Source: Octopus vulgaris
Taxonomy: Eukaryota
DNA: 64,000 bases
Reading direction: 5' to 3'
Assembly: GCA_951406725.2 (NCBI GenBank)
Contig: OX597815.1
Location: forward strand, 212,536,001 to 212,600,000
Within the stretch, counting starts at the first letter, position 1. Every line of letters begins with the position of its first letter. The position numbers and the translations under genes are program-made. Positions 25,526 through 37,835 of the stretch are shown here, piece after piece. The notes under the pieces are model-generated. The model saw only the letters and a list, made by a program, of their open reading frames with translations, made no database searches and had not been told where the DNA came from.

Positions 25526-25747
25526 CAGCGTTTCTCAACCAGGGTTCCTCGGAACCCTTTGGTTCCATGAGAAAGAGTGAGATAAGCTAATGCTAATTTC
25601 ATGATTGTAATATTATTATACATGCATAACATATTAATGGTTATTTTAACATTGTAATATAGACATCATCCTATCTAACCTATTATGTTATCAAAAAAAT
25701 ATAACAACCATTGGAGATATATTTAGTGATGTCTGTAATCTATGGAT

Positions 25748-25786
<39 letters not shown>

Positions 25787-26286
25787 ATTAGGGAGTATAA
25801 CTCCAAACTTACAGGGGAAAATTCAGTTTCGTATTAAATCAAATTTCACAATACAAATATATAAAAATTGGATTGAACTTAAATTTAATTGTAATTCGAA
25901 TTGAAGTTATAGCCACAAAACATACGTAGTCTTTTTACTTATTATAAAATATTTATTCATTTTTTGGTAATTTTTGTGATCTAGATATATGTTTAATAAT
26001 ATATTTTATTTTTTCTATATGATATGGTTTATGTCTATCATTGTTTGAATTACATAATAGTGGCTTTTCTCAAATTTTATATATATGATAGATCGCTAGC
26101 CACTACACATTCTTTATTTTCTCTCCTTGATTCTTTTTGTGTTCCCTTCTGTGGAAGAGCGTAGGCTCAAAACATTAAAGACTTGTTCACTTCTCAAGCA
26201 TTATACTAATACATCTGTTTATATTCTACACCACCTGTCTTCGCCTTTTGATTCCTATATATATATATATATATATATACATATAT

Positions 26287-26327
<41 letters not shown>

Positions 26328-26465
26328 TATGATATTTACTACATGAACTCTGATGAAAAAAATATGAGAAAGATATGGTATATAATTTGTTTTTTGTGCA
26401 GGGGTTTCTTGAGAATGTAATTTATTTTAAGGGTTACACAAGGGTAAAAAGGTAGAGAAACACTG
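25526..26465. mobile_element. hAT (Charlie-like) MITE with nested insert
   Basis: TIRs CAGCGTTTCTCAACC / GGTAGAGAAACACTG; 8-bp TSD CTCTAGAG / CCCTAGAG. Confidence 0.85.
25790..26265 (+). mobile_element. Probable Penelope-like pLTR fragment inserted in (TA)n
   Basis: Flanked by (TA)n; hammerhead-like CTGTGGA-A-GAGC-GTAG-GCTC-AAAA-CATT at 26149-26176. Confidence 0.5.
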
Positions 26466-27627
26466 CCCTAGAGAATGTTCAAGAACCCTCCCCCCCCAAC
26501 TGAAACTGGTTGAAACGGCCTAAAATTTAGAAGGAGGGGGGGGAGGCTAGTTGATGACATTGGCTAAACTGGTACTTATTTTATTAACTCCAAAAGGATG
26601 AATGGCAACGTTGACTTTGGTGGAATAAGAACTGAGAATTTAAAATTGAAAAAAATGCCACTAAGTATGCTGTCCAGTGCAGTAATGGATCTTGCAATTT
26701 GCTACCTAATACACTTAATTAATATATTTGTGAAAGCATGTGGCCTAATGTGCACTCCTGATTGGAAGATTGTGGTTTCAATTCCTGAACCGTGCAGGTC
26801 CATTTCACAATGTTCCAGTCCATTCAGCTGAAAAAAAAAGAGTTGCAGCAATAACCGGGGAGTTGATCCTGCAATGGACCGGCATCCTATTCGGGAGGGG
26901 AGTGTTGTGCTCTCTTGCTTATTTAAAAGTGTAGTGTTCGTACCTACAACTTTGACAAAAGTCAGTGAGGGAGTTCAAGCCAATGCAAGAGCTTCTATAC
27001 ACCTGTAATTAACATAGCATAGTCAACTTACTCATCAAAAGAAATATAGTATTTTACCTTTTGTTTAGTTAGTGATATAGTTTAAAGTATGCTTATTTGG
27101 TAAATTTAAGATTAACCAAGAGTAAAGGCAGTAATCAATACTAGTAATTAAAGTTTGTTCAGTACTAGTTAATAACTAATGTTTATCAGCTTAGCCAACT
27201 TTCTGTTACACAACACTCATGTTACATTAAATTAAAAGTGACATTTAATCACAAAGGAAGAGGGATTTTTTTCAGCCGAATATCTTTCCAAGTAAGACGC
27301 AATTCATGCAGTTAAAAATTGCTTAAATATACCACTAGAAATATGTAATTTTGTAGATCCAGTCAGACATATTGAATTTTAAAATCAAAAGAATGAGAGA
27401 CTGTTTTAAGCAATGTAACTACACATGTGCTGTTGGTGATTTTTTTTTCTTTCTTTGGACTTTTCCCTTTTCTTTTTTCCTTTCCAACAAAGAGCCGTGT
27501 TCGAAACATCAAAAACTCTCTCTTATTTTTACCAAGCATTAAAGTAATACATTCTATGTGCACATCCTCTTGTTGTTTGTTATTGTCATTTTTAATGTTT
27601 GTCTATTTGATTTGTTTATATATATAT

Positions 27628-27945
27628 GGTGCTGACATGACTGAGTGGTTAAGAGGCTTGCTTTCCAACCACACGGTTTCAGGTTCAGTCCCACTGTACA
27701 GCACCTTTGGCAAGTATCTTCTATTCAAGCCCAAAGCTAACTAATGTCTAGTGAGTGAATTTGATAGACAGAAACTCTCTGTCTGTCTGTGTGTATGTGT
27801 GTGTGTGTGTGCGCGCACGTCTGTCTCTCTCCATCCCACTACTTAATAACCGGTGTTCATTAGTTTATATCCTGTAACTTAGTGGTTCAGCAAATGAGAC
27901 CAACAGAATAAGCACCTGTCCCACAACTGAAACAAGTAAAAGATA
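27628..27945 (+). mobile_element. SINE family A, diverged
   Basis: Head, GGTTCAGTCCCACTG, (TG)n, CTGAAACAAGTAAAAG tail. Confidence 0.75.
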
Positions 27946-28201
27946 TATAAAAAAAACTCAACAAAACACAGACTAAAAGATACCGATTCACCCATTCACA
28001 AATTTATCTGATATACTCTGCTCGGAAGAATTGTAATTCCTAAAATACTTTCTGTACCAGGCCATAACATTGAACTTTGAATGTGGTTTATAGCTTAGAG
28101 TCAAATCCTAACACAGTTGACCTTGATTTCCAGAAGAGTCAATACAGTTAATCTCTGAATCAGGGAGACTATCCTAATTAATAAGCCGAAACCAGCATTA
28201 A

Positions 28202-28646
28202 CCCTTTAGTGTTTAACCCTTTAGCATTCAGATTATTCTGTCAAATGTAAAGCTTATTTATTCACACCATGTAAAATTAATCTTGCATCATTTCATGGCT
28301 TTGAGATTTCAATGTTGTGATTGTTTATTTTTAAAATGACACAGTAAGGTAGCTATGAATGACCATATCTGACTAGTTTGAACATAAAACAGGTAGAATA
28401 TTTTGGCCGGATATGGCCAGTTTAAACACTAAAGGGTTAAACCGGCCATATCCGGCCAAAATATTCTACCTATTTTATGTTCAAACTAGTCAGATATGGT
28501 CATTCATAGCTATCTTATTGTGTCATTTTAAAAATAAACAATCACATCATTGAAATCTCAGAGCCATGAAATGATGCAAGATTAATTTTTATATGGTGTG
28601 AATAAATAAGCTTTACATTTTATAGAATAATCTGAATGCTAAAGGG
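28202..28646. mobile_element. piggyBac-like MITE family P2 with an inverted copy of itself nested at an internal TTAA
   Basis: Outer element TTAA 28198 / 28647; inner copy 28217-28436 bounded by TTAA 28213 and 28437; CCCTTTAG TIRs. Confidence 0.9.
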
Positions 28647-28924
28647 TTAAACAACAGGCAAGAACTACAAGAAGCAGACTGGCTGATGCAACAACACTAG
28701 TCTGCATGTCACTACCCTTTAGCACACATCTGAGCAACAATGATAGATTTATTCCATCTTCCATTCCACCACATCTCCTTCTTGAATGGGTCTTAAATGC
28801 AGAATCTGTGTTGTGAGTCTTTTCTGTGACAATTGTAAATAATGCCAAGTGTATCGGTGAAATATATGATAAAATTATTTATCTGTGTTTATATTGATAT
28901 ACAAAACTTCATCATTTATTCTTT

Positions 28925-29131
28925 TGCTCTCTTTTACTTGTTTCAGTCATTTGACTGTGGCCATGCTGGAGCATTGCTTTTAGTCAAGTAAATCGGCCCC
29001 AGGACTTATTCTTTGGAAGCCTAGTACTTATTCTATAGGTGTCTTTTGCCGAACTGCTAAGTTACGGGGACATAAACACACCAGCATCGGTTGTCAAGCG
29101 ATGTTGGTGGTGGGGAAACACAGACACACAA

Positions 29132-29172
<41 letters not shown>

Positions 29173-29323
29173 CAACGGGCTTCTTTCAGTTTCCATCTAC
29201 TAAATCCACTCACAAGGCTTTGTTTGGCCCGAGGCTATAGTAGAAGACACTTGCCCAAGCTGTGTGGGACTGAACCCAGAACCATGTGGTTGGTAAGCAA
29301 GCTACTTACCACACAGCCACTCC
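28925..29323 (-). mobile_element. SINE family A
   Basis: Reverse complement of 10360-10773. Confidence 0.88.
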
Positions 29324-29515
29324 TGGTTGGGCATGATTTGAGTGAGATTTGGCTGCTGCTTCAAGCAGGTCAAGTTACAACAAAGAAGCTCCAAGGAAAT
29401 TCATCAACATTTACAGCAAGATAACAATGCTGGTGAAATAATTTGCTATGAGAACAATTTTCATGAAACTATAACAATGGCACTGATTGCATAGATTATG
29501 AAGTCTAGAATTTAA

Positions 29516-29736
29516 CCCTTTCATTACCAACCCGGCCGAAACCACCTCTGGCTCTATAGTACAAATGTCTTGTTTTCTTAAGTTTTGAATTAAAGTCTTC
29601 AACCAAACCTTAGTCACAATTTATGCTTCTAACACTAGCTTAATGATAACTAAGTTATTTTACTAAATTCTTTGTAATATTTAAAGTAATTGAAAGAAAC
29701 ACAGAGCATCTCAAAATAAATACAGTACTGAAAGGG
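29516..29736. mobile_element. piggyBac-like MITE family P1
   Basis: TTAA-CCCTTTCA...TGAAAGGG-TTAA. Confidence 0.88.
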
Positions 29737-30648
29737 TTAACAGAAGAAAAGATTTTAAACACTACATATAATCCATACAAGCAGACTCTATTAAACAAAG
29801 CTGATGACAGTGAAGGTAAATATGATTACGATGATGATAGTGATGGCTACATTGGTGATGATAGTGAAAATGTTAACTGGGTTTAATTCCTTTCAGGGTT
29901 GCTAACTAATAATTCATCACATAAATAACAGATATTTTATGTCACTCAGTAATGGCGAAATTCTGTGAACATCCTTAAAAAAAAACCGATGAATTACTAA
30001 TTTGGTTTATTAAAATTTAATTGTAGTTCATGGCTTTCATAATGGAGAGTAAGTATTGTGGTAAAGAATGAGAGCCAACACGCCCAAACAGGTCACAAGC
30101 ACATGAGCATGTTTAGGCAACTTATCAAGTTTTGAACATGTATTGTCTTTGTAAGGTAGATATTATGAACAAAATAAAAAAAACATGTCAAAAGAAGAGG
30201 TGCACTGAATAACCAGAAATACACTGAATTGGTTAAACAGAAACAAAGAAAATTACAACAAAAACATAAATTTTAACTATAGACTAATACATAGTCTTTC
30301 AGGTTTAATATTAACATATTATTTCCTGCAAATAAAGGCAAGTAACTGTGTGTATATGTACACATATCATTGTGTACCTATATTATGTAACTATTATCCG
30401 TGTCTCTACTTAATAACAAAGTACTGCATATTTTTAACTAAATGTTTCTGGAAATATTTTTCAAGTGCTACTGTTTCATCAGTGCCCTGCCAATGTAGAC
30501 CTGTTAAGAGAGTAACAGAATTCAGTAGTTATGCATATTAACATGAAATAAAACCAAGGTCTGAGGAAACTATGGTCTGTGTTAGTAAAACTTATGTACT
30601 AACTGTGTTAGTAAAACTTATGTTTGTAAATTTGGATAAGTTCATTAA

Positions 30649-30864
30649 CCCTTTCATTACCAACCCACCTGAAACTGTTTCTGGTTGTGATACAAATGTC
30701 TTGTTTTCTTAAGTTTTGAATTAAAATCTTCCACCAAACCTTAGTCACAATTTATGTTCCTAACACAAGCTTATTGATAAGTTATTTTACTAAATTCTTT
30801 GTTATATTTAAAATTAATTGAAAGAAACACAGAGCATCACAACAGAAATACGGTAACAAAAGGG
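30649..30864. mobile_element. piggyBac-like MITE family P1
   Basis: TTAA-CCCTTTC...AAAGGG-TTAA. Confidence 0.85.
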
Positions 30865-30868
30865 TTAA

Positions 30869-31206
30869 GACCCCCTTCGGTCAGACACTGACCATGGGTT
30901 TGCACCTAGAGAGTTACCCTCTGAGGCACAAGTCTGGGCAAGGTTGTTTTATGGAAGACCAGCAGTCGCCCATGCATACCGGCCTCCCCTCTCCACGTCA
31001 CCGATGTTGTCCAAGGGAAAGGCAAAGGGGCCGATACAGCTTGGCACCTGTGACGTCGCAACTCATTTCTACAGCTGAGTGAACTGGAGCAACGTGAAAT
31101 AAAGTGTCTTGCTCAAGAACACAACACACAGCCCGGTCCGGGATTCGAGCTCACAACCTCACGATCGTAAGCTCGACGCTCTAACCACTGAGCCACGCGC
31201 CTTCAC
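30869..31206 (-). mobile_element. SINE family B, young copy with TSD
   Basis: TSD ACAAAAGGGTTAA (30856-30868, 31205-31217); tRNA-Arg(ACG)-like head with A and B boxes; CORE domain. Confidence 0.92.
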
Positions 31207-31217
31207 AAAAGGGTTAA

Positions 31218-31757
31218 TCCTTTAGTATTTAAGCAGCCCATTTCCAGCCAAAATATTCTGTTTTATGTTAAAATGGGCCAGATCTCACCTGTCACACCTA
31301 ACCTACAGTGTCATTCTAAAAACAAACAATAGTATCATCAAAAATCCTAAAGCTATGACATGATACGTAGTGTGAAGTAGCATGGCTCAGTGGTTGGAGC
31401 GTTGGGCTCACAATCATGAGGTTATGAGTTCAATTTCTGGACCAGGCTGTGTGTTGTGTTCTTGAGCAAGACACTTTATTTCACATTGCTCCAGTTCACT
31501 CAGCTGTAGAAATGAGTTGTGATGTTACTGGTACCAAGCTGTATCGGCCCCTTTGCCTTTCCTTTGGATAACATCAGTGGCATGGAGAGGGGGGGGTATG
31601 CATAGTGACTGTTGGTCCTCCATAAACAACCTTGCTCGAACTTGTGCCTCGGAGGGTAACTTTCTAGGTGCAATCCCATGGCCAATACATAATTAATTCA
31701 AAACTATGTGAATAAATAAGCATTACATATGACAGAGTAAGCTGAATGCTAATGGGG
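31218..31757. mobile_element. MITE family P2 containing a plus-strand SINE family B (31372-31685)
   Basis: P2 halves flank a SINE that is the inverse of 30869-31206. Confidence 0.8.
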
Positions 31758-32458
31758 CTGAGAGAGATAAAAGTTTACTGCTAGAATTTGCAAAACGTGT
31801 TATCTCTCTCTAACATGAAATGTTTCCATATGTCATGAAACTTAGCCAAATTTACAAATATCAATACTTAATGTGTTAGTTGACAAGAATTTAAGTTTAG
31901 TCAAGATTTTGAAATTCAAATCTGAACTAAACTATAGGTTTAGTAAAGGTTTCTTCATTCAAAAATATGACAAGATTCCAGGCATTATAAGTCACTTCAG
32001 ACTTTTTACCAAACAGAGTTTTTTTTACTATTTAAAATATTTGAAAATAGGAGGTAACTTGAAACGAATTTATGTTTTTCATATTTTAACTTTGGAGTGT
32101 AGGAAATTCAAACAGAACAGTTATCAGCGTTTCCTCCCATTTCAATATTTCATGCAAGAACCATCTTGTTAATACCAATTATTGATGATAACAAGAAAGT
32201 CATTAAACCAATTGCAAGAATATTATGCTCAAACTAAACATAGATGTTCAAAATTTCACTAAAATTGCAAGAGAGTTAGGAGTTATGCATAAATCATAAA
32301 GAAACAGTTTACGATCGACAGAAAAGGAAATGATTAAAATGTATAGATAATGAGGGAAATAAGTTTTGGGATCAAAAAACTAAATAAGAATTTACACTTT
32401 TTTTTTTTTGCAATTTCTGATCAAAAATATTCTTAAAAATTATTAGCATGTTTTCAGA

Positions 32459-32500
<42 letters not shown>

Positions 32501-33340
32501 TATGATGAAAGCTCCTTTTATATCCCTCAGTAGCATTTTTTTTTAACACACTCAACAGGGAAACAGATAAGAAAAAGTATAGTGAATTTCTGATGATTTT
32601 TTTTATAAAGAAATTTGTTTTTATGAAGAAATGTTGTAAACATGTTTTCAATCATATATTTTCCTATAATGCAAGCATCTACCTCAATAGCATTTTTTAA
32701 ACTCAAAAGCAAAATTTTTAAAAAAATAGGAATGAAAATGAAGAACTTTTTTTTTTTTTTTCAAAAAAATATCTAGTTTTTTGTTGGTGTTTTTTTTTTT
32801 GCCCCCCCCCCCCCCCTTCGCTGGCCACAGCCAGAGTAGTCACTGGAACCAGTAAAAAGAAGAGTAAGTAAAATAAGCAGAAACGAAAGCATTCTGAATC
32901 ACATGAAAAAGCAGACAAACAACTGAGGCACTACTATTAATAGCCTACACTAATAACAATTGACTACAAACTGAAAGAAAGGTTAGCAACATGCAGTTTA
33001 GAAGAGATGTGTGGCAAAATGTTGCATTTTAAACAAGTTGAACTTGAGAAAATACTGGAAAGCCGGAGTTTTCATATCAAAGGAATTTCAAAAGTAATAA
33101 AGTAATAACAGAAGACACACATTTGAAGCACTGCTGAAACCAGAAGCTTATACATATAGTCAGCAATTTTTGCCAAGGTTAGCCATAGCAACAATATTGA
33201 CAACATCTCATGCTTTTAATATTGTTATTAATATTACTCATTTCTGTCTTTTTTTTTTCATTTTTTTTCTTTTCTTTTTTTTTTTTTTCCAGTTTAGAAA
33301 CATGAATTAAAACAATGTGTAGAGTCCACATCTGACTCAC

Positions 33341-33470
33341 CAAGTCCCACTTTTGCTTGGCTTCCATCTCCAACAACAAAATGTGAATTCGGTCCACTTG
33401 ATGGTAGATGCAGCATGGCTTTAGCTGACTTATTTTTCTTTTGTCTCGACCGCTTCTTTGACCTTGGCAT
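33341..33470 (-). CDS. Probable first coding segment of an unidentified multi-exon gene: MPRSKKRSRQKKNKSAKAMLHLPSSGPNSHFVVGDGSQAKVGL (phase 1)
   Basis: AAAAAATG context with an in-frame TAA six codons upstream; 43 codons + 1 nt ending at a canonical TTG|gtgagt donor; non-repetitive sequence; basic NLS-like N-terminus. Confidence 0.55.
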
Positions 33471-33654
33471 TTTTTCTATAAATTGTTAACCTGGGGGACA
33501 GAACATTTCCATACATTACAGCCTTCTCTAAGACAAAATATAAATTATCAACAAAAAGATGCCACCTAGATTTTGTAAAAAGAGAGCAAGCATTCACAGA
33601 AGTAGGTTGTGAATTTGAGATAATTAAATTCACACCGCAACACCAGAATTTCAT
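33341..33654 (-). other. Exon (5' UTR plus start) with two candidate acceptors
   Basis: Acceptor ttttttcttaatttcag| before 33654, second acceptor gttctgtcccccag| before 33490, donor gtgagt after 33341. Confidence 0.6.
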
Positions 33655-33854
33655 CTGAAATTAAGAAAAAACAATTATGAATCTATCAGTTCATCAATAT
33701 ATCGGTCAATCAATCTATGCGTACATGTGTGCGCACATGTGCTTTGAGTGTGTGTGTATGTGTGTAAATAAGTTGTTTTGAGGTTCGCAGTTTTGTATTA
33801 TGAGGATGGGTGGCCACTCAACCAAAGCATCAGTTTAGATGGTATCATATGTGT

Positions 33855-34005
33855 CAAGCAAATCGACCCCAGGACTTATTCTTTGTAAGCCTAGAACTTA
33901 TTCTATTGGTCTCTTTTGCCAAACCACTAAGTTACAGGGACGTAAACACACTAGCATTGGTTGTCAAGCGATGTTAGAGGAACAAACAGAGACACACAAA
34001 CATAT

Positions 34006-34057
<52 letters not shown>

Positions 34058-34189
34058 GAAAGGTTTCTTTCAGTTTTCATCTACCTAATCCACTCACAAG
34101 GCTTTGGTCAGCCCAAGGCTATAGTAGTAAACACTTGCCCAAGGTGCCACGCAGTGGGAAACGGCCACGATCGGATGGTGCTTTTTACG

Positions 34190-34232
<43 letters not shown>

Positions 34233-34285
34233 TACACACACACACACAAAAGGTTTCTTTCAGTTTCCATCTACCTAATCCACGC
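33855..34285 (-). mobile_element. Rearranged SINE family A with a family R patch and local duplication
   Basis: SINE A body joins ACGGCCACGATCGGATGGTGCTTTTTACGTGCCA at ~34160; AAAGGTTTCTTTCAGTTT.CATCTACCTAATCCAC occurs twice. Confidence 0.7.
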
Positions 34286-34390
34286 AGGCAGGCAGACAGA
34301 CAGACAGACAGGTACATAAATACATACATACATACATACATACATACATACATACATTGGTAGATAGATAGATAGACAGATATACACACA

Positions 34391-34530
34391 CAGTAATGCC
34401 TCAATTTACGAGTTAATTTGTTCCTGGAAAACACTCATAAAGTGAAAACTCAAACAGAAAAATAAAGCTCATAAAAACTCATAAACCCAGGGTCTCATAA
34501 AGTGGATCCTTGTAAAGTGACATATTACTG
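34391..34530. mobile_element. Tigger/pogo-like MITE
   Basis: Imperfect TIRs CAGTAATGCCTCAATTTACGAG / CTTGTAAAGTGACATATTACTG; TA TSD not intact. Confidence 0.55.
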
Positions 34531-34561
34531 TCTGTATGTATATGTGTGTGTATATATATAT

Positions 34562-34915
34562 TTACTCTTTATCTTTTACTTGTTTCAGTCATTTGACTGC
34601 GGCCATGCTGAGCACCGCCTTTAGTCGAGCAACTCGACCCCGGGACTTATTCTTTTTTGTAAGCCAGTACTTATTCTATCGGTCTCTTTTGCCGAACCGC
34701 TAAGTGACGGGGGACGTAAACACACCAGCATCGGTTGTCAAGCAATGCTAGGGGGCCTTGTCACTCTCTGTGTCACGCTGAATATCCCCGAGAACTACGT
34801 TATGGGTACACGTGTCTGTGGAGTGCTCAGCCACTTTACACGTTAATTTCACGAGCAGGCTGTTCCGTTGATCGGATCAACCGGAACCCTCGTCGTCGTA
34901 ACTGACGGAGTGCTT

Positions 34916-34918
<3 letters not shown>
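34562..34918. mobile_element. Junction of SINE A 3' part (minus) and SINE family D 3' part (plus)
   Basis: 34562-34755 is the reverse complement of the SINE A tail; 34755-34918 matches the reverse complement of 54275-54420. Confidence 0.7.
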
Positions 34919-34965
<47 letters not shown>

Positions 34966-35394
34966 TCATCATCGTTATATATATACACACACACACATGC
35001 ATGCACTATTTTGAGAAGATGCATCAATCAAAGCAAAATTGCTGTCATCCATACACACAGGCTTGTCCGTTACGGCCGCCGGTGCCATGTAGAATGCATT
35101 CATGCTGATGCTGTGCAAGCACACCCAGCCCATTCTTTAAAACAGTTGGTGTTAAGAAGGGAACCCAGTTGTAGAAACCATGCCACAATTTGGAGTCTGC
35201 CCAGCTACCCACTTGGTCAGCCCTTGTCAAACCGTCCAACCCATGTCAGCATGGAAAATAGACGTTAAAAAAATGATGATGACGATGACTATTTTATTGA
35301 AGTTAATACTCTCCACCTTTGATGTATAAGTACTATTTTCCCACCTTGTTATGCACCCATGTACTCACTTTGTGTGTGTGTGTAAATACATTCT

Positions 35395-35746
35395 TTTAGT
35401 TGAGCAAATCAACCCCAGACCTTATTCTTTGTAAGCCTAGCACTTATTCTATTGGTCTCCTTTGCTGAACCACTAAGTTACAGGGACGTAAACACACCAG
35501 CATCAGTTGTCAGATGATGGTGGGGGAGATGGGGGAACAAACACACACCCACACACACACACATATATATAGATATACATATATATACAATGGGCTTCTT
35601 TCAGTTTCTGTCTACCAAATCCATTCACAAGGCTTTGGTTGGCCCAAGACTATAGAAGAAGGCACTTACCCAAGGTGCCACGCAGTGGGACTGGACCCAG
35701 ACCCATGTGATTGGTAAGCTCGCTACTTACCACACAGCCACTCCTG
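35395..35746 (-). mobile_element. SINE family A
   Basis: Reverse complement of family A. Confidence 0.82.
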
Positions 35747-35750
35747 TGCC

Positions 35751-35782
<32 letters not shown>

Positions 35783-36003
35783 GTGAGAGAGAGAGAGAAA
35801 GAGAGAGGGGGGGATGAAAAGGGATACAGCTTACACAGGAGGAATTCTCTTCTTCAACTTTGTACAGGAGATCACAACAATTTCAGTACCTCCTAACAAT
35901 AATACAGTTTCCTGCAATGCCAAGCAACACTGATGCCATCAAAGAATGTCTGGATGTTAATTGCTTATTTCCATTGTAGCAGTTTTCTTTTTTGTTATAT
36001 ATA

Positions 36004-36043
<40 letters not shown>

Positions 36044-36208
36044 ATTTATACCTCACTTTCTTGTAATCCAAGAAACCACATTGTGTGAGAGAGAGAGAGT
36101 TTATATGTGTGTGTGTGTGTGTGCATGCATGTGTGTGTGAATTTCACCTAAGTTACAACCATAAAAGGGACATAACCATGAACATAACTATTCAATAATA
36201 ATAATAAT

Positions 36209-36245
<37 letters not shown>

Positions 36246-36754
36246 CTCTCGAGTTGTGGAAAGATGACTGCATTACATAGTCAAAGGTGTACAGCGCACA
36301 AAGACCTGTGAGAGGAAATATTATAGCAGGAGAACCTTGGCACAAAAACAGTCCCACTCTGTCAGCCACGGAAGTTAGGATCCACTGCCATTACAAATAG
36401 TGGCCTCTGAAGCTGCATTCAACAGAGGATGATAAAATGAGCACCAGGCTAAGCACTGGGGGCCAAAAACATTGAAAATATCTCAGTAGAGTCCAGTAAG
36501 TGAAACTAGGGAGAAGTAATTTAAATTTCAGTTTGAGCAGAAGATTTTACTGTCATCATCATCCGTTTCCCACATTGGCATAGGTTGGACAGTTTGCCAG
36601 CGGGCTGCACCTGGCCCCAGTCATCTGTTCTGACATGGTCTCTATGGCTGGATGCCCTTCTTAACACCAACCCCTTCACAGAGTGTGCCAAGTGCTGTTT
36701 ATGTGGCTTCAATGCATGTGCTTTTTTACATGACACTACAATTATATAATACTA

Positions 36755-37140
36755 CTAGCAGTATCGCCCGGCGTTGCTCGGGTTTGTTTTCTTTTCGACG
36801 CTTTAGAATTGGAAATTTTGAAAAGTAAAAATTTTGCATTACGTAGATTGTTATTCTCTTTAAGTGAACATTTTTCTGGTTGAAATACACTGAAAAATGG
36901 CGACACAGCAGTAAAAAAATCGGGATTTTCATAGAAAAAAAGCACTTTTTTGATGTAAATAATTTCTGGTCTAAACATGGTCCGATTTTAATTTTTTCTT
37001 CTACAGAATGAAGAGCAAAGCTTCTTCTATCATACTCTCAATTTCGGTCAACTTGTGCCACAAGGTCTCGGAGGAAATAATGTTAGTTGAAGGCTACCAA
37101 ACCTGCCACACACAGACAACTTTAGCTTTATATGTATAGA
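36755..37140 (-). mobile_element. Non-autonomous Helitron
   Basis: On minus: A|TC 5' end, subterminal hairpin CCCGAGC-AAC-GCCGGG, CTAG|T 3' end, no TSD. Second copy at 55577. Confidence 0.85.
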
Positions 37141-37454
37141 TATTCGTGGAGTACATGTAGTGCTGCATGATCAACAAGTTCATGCCACAAACTGAGATAC
37201 CAGGTTCAATTTCACTCAGTGGTACTTTCAGCAGGTATCTTGACAGAACTTCGAATCAATCAAAACCTTATGAGAGTGAAATTGGAGTAGAGAGGAAATG
37301 TGAAGAAGAAAGCTTGTCACACAGTCTGTTACATGTGACTCAAAAGTCCAGTCACACTGATTCTGCCAGAGGATTGCATTAACACTACATATGTCTGTGG
37401 AATGTCTGATCACGTCATTTTGACAGCCACTGATTTTAAATGAAGTGTTAAACA

Positions 37455-37700
37455 TATCATCATCATCATCATCCTTTAACGTCTGCTTTCCATGCTGGCA
37501 TGGGTTGGACGATTTCACTGAGGACTGGCGAACCAGATGGCTGTGCCAGGCTCCAGTCTTGATCTGGCAGAGTTTCTACAGCTGGATGCCCTTCCTAACG
37601 CCAACCACTTCGAGAGTGTAGTGGGTGCTTTTACGTGCCACCTGCATGAGGGCCGTCTCGCAGTACTGGCAACAGCCACACTCAAAATGGTGTTTTATAG
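37455..37700 (-). mobile_element. Family R copy
   Basis: (CAT)n tail plus the reverse complement of family R. Confidence 0.82.
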
Positions 37701-37835
37701 AACACAAATTAATATCTCCATGCAGGACTGAACTCAGAAACTACGTGGCTTGGAAGCAAATAGCACGCTCTTAATTTTAAAAAATAAAAGGTAAAACTCA
37801 TTGGATAATGTAGTTTTAGGTAGACTGATGCTTGA

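Noticed and set aside
31130-31206. tRNA gene (also 17981-18052 and 10360-10430)
   Set aside because: These are SINE heads: no complete acceptor stem, and they are attached to repeat bodies with TSDs or tails.
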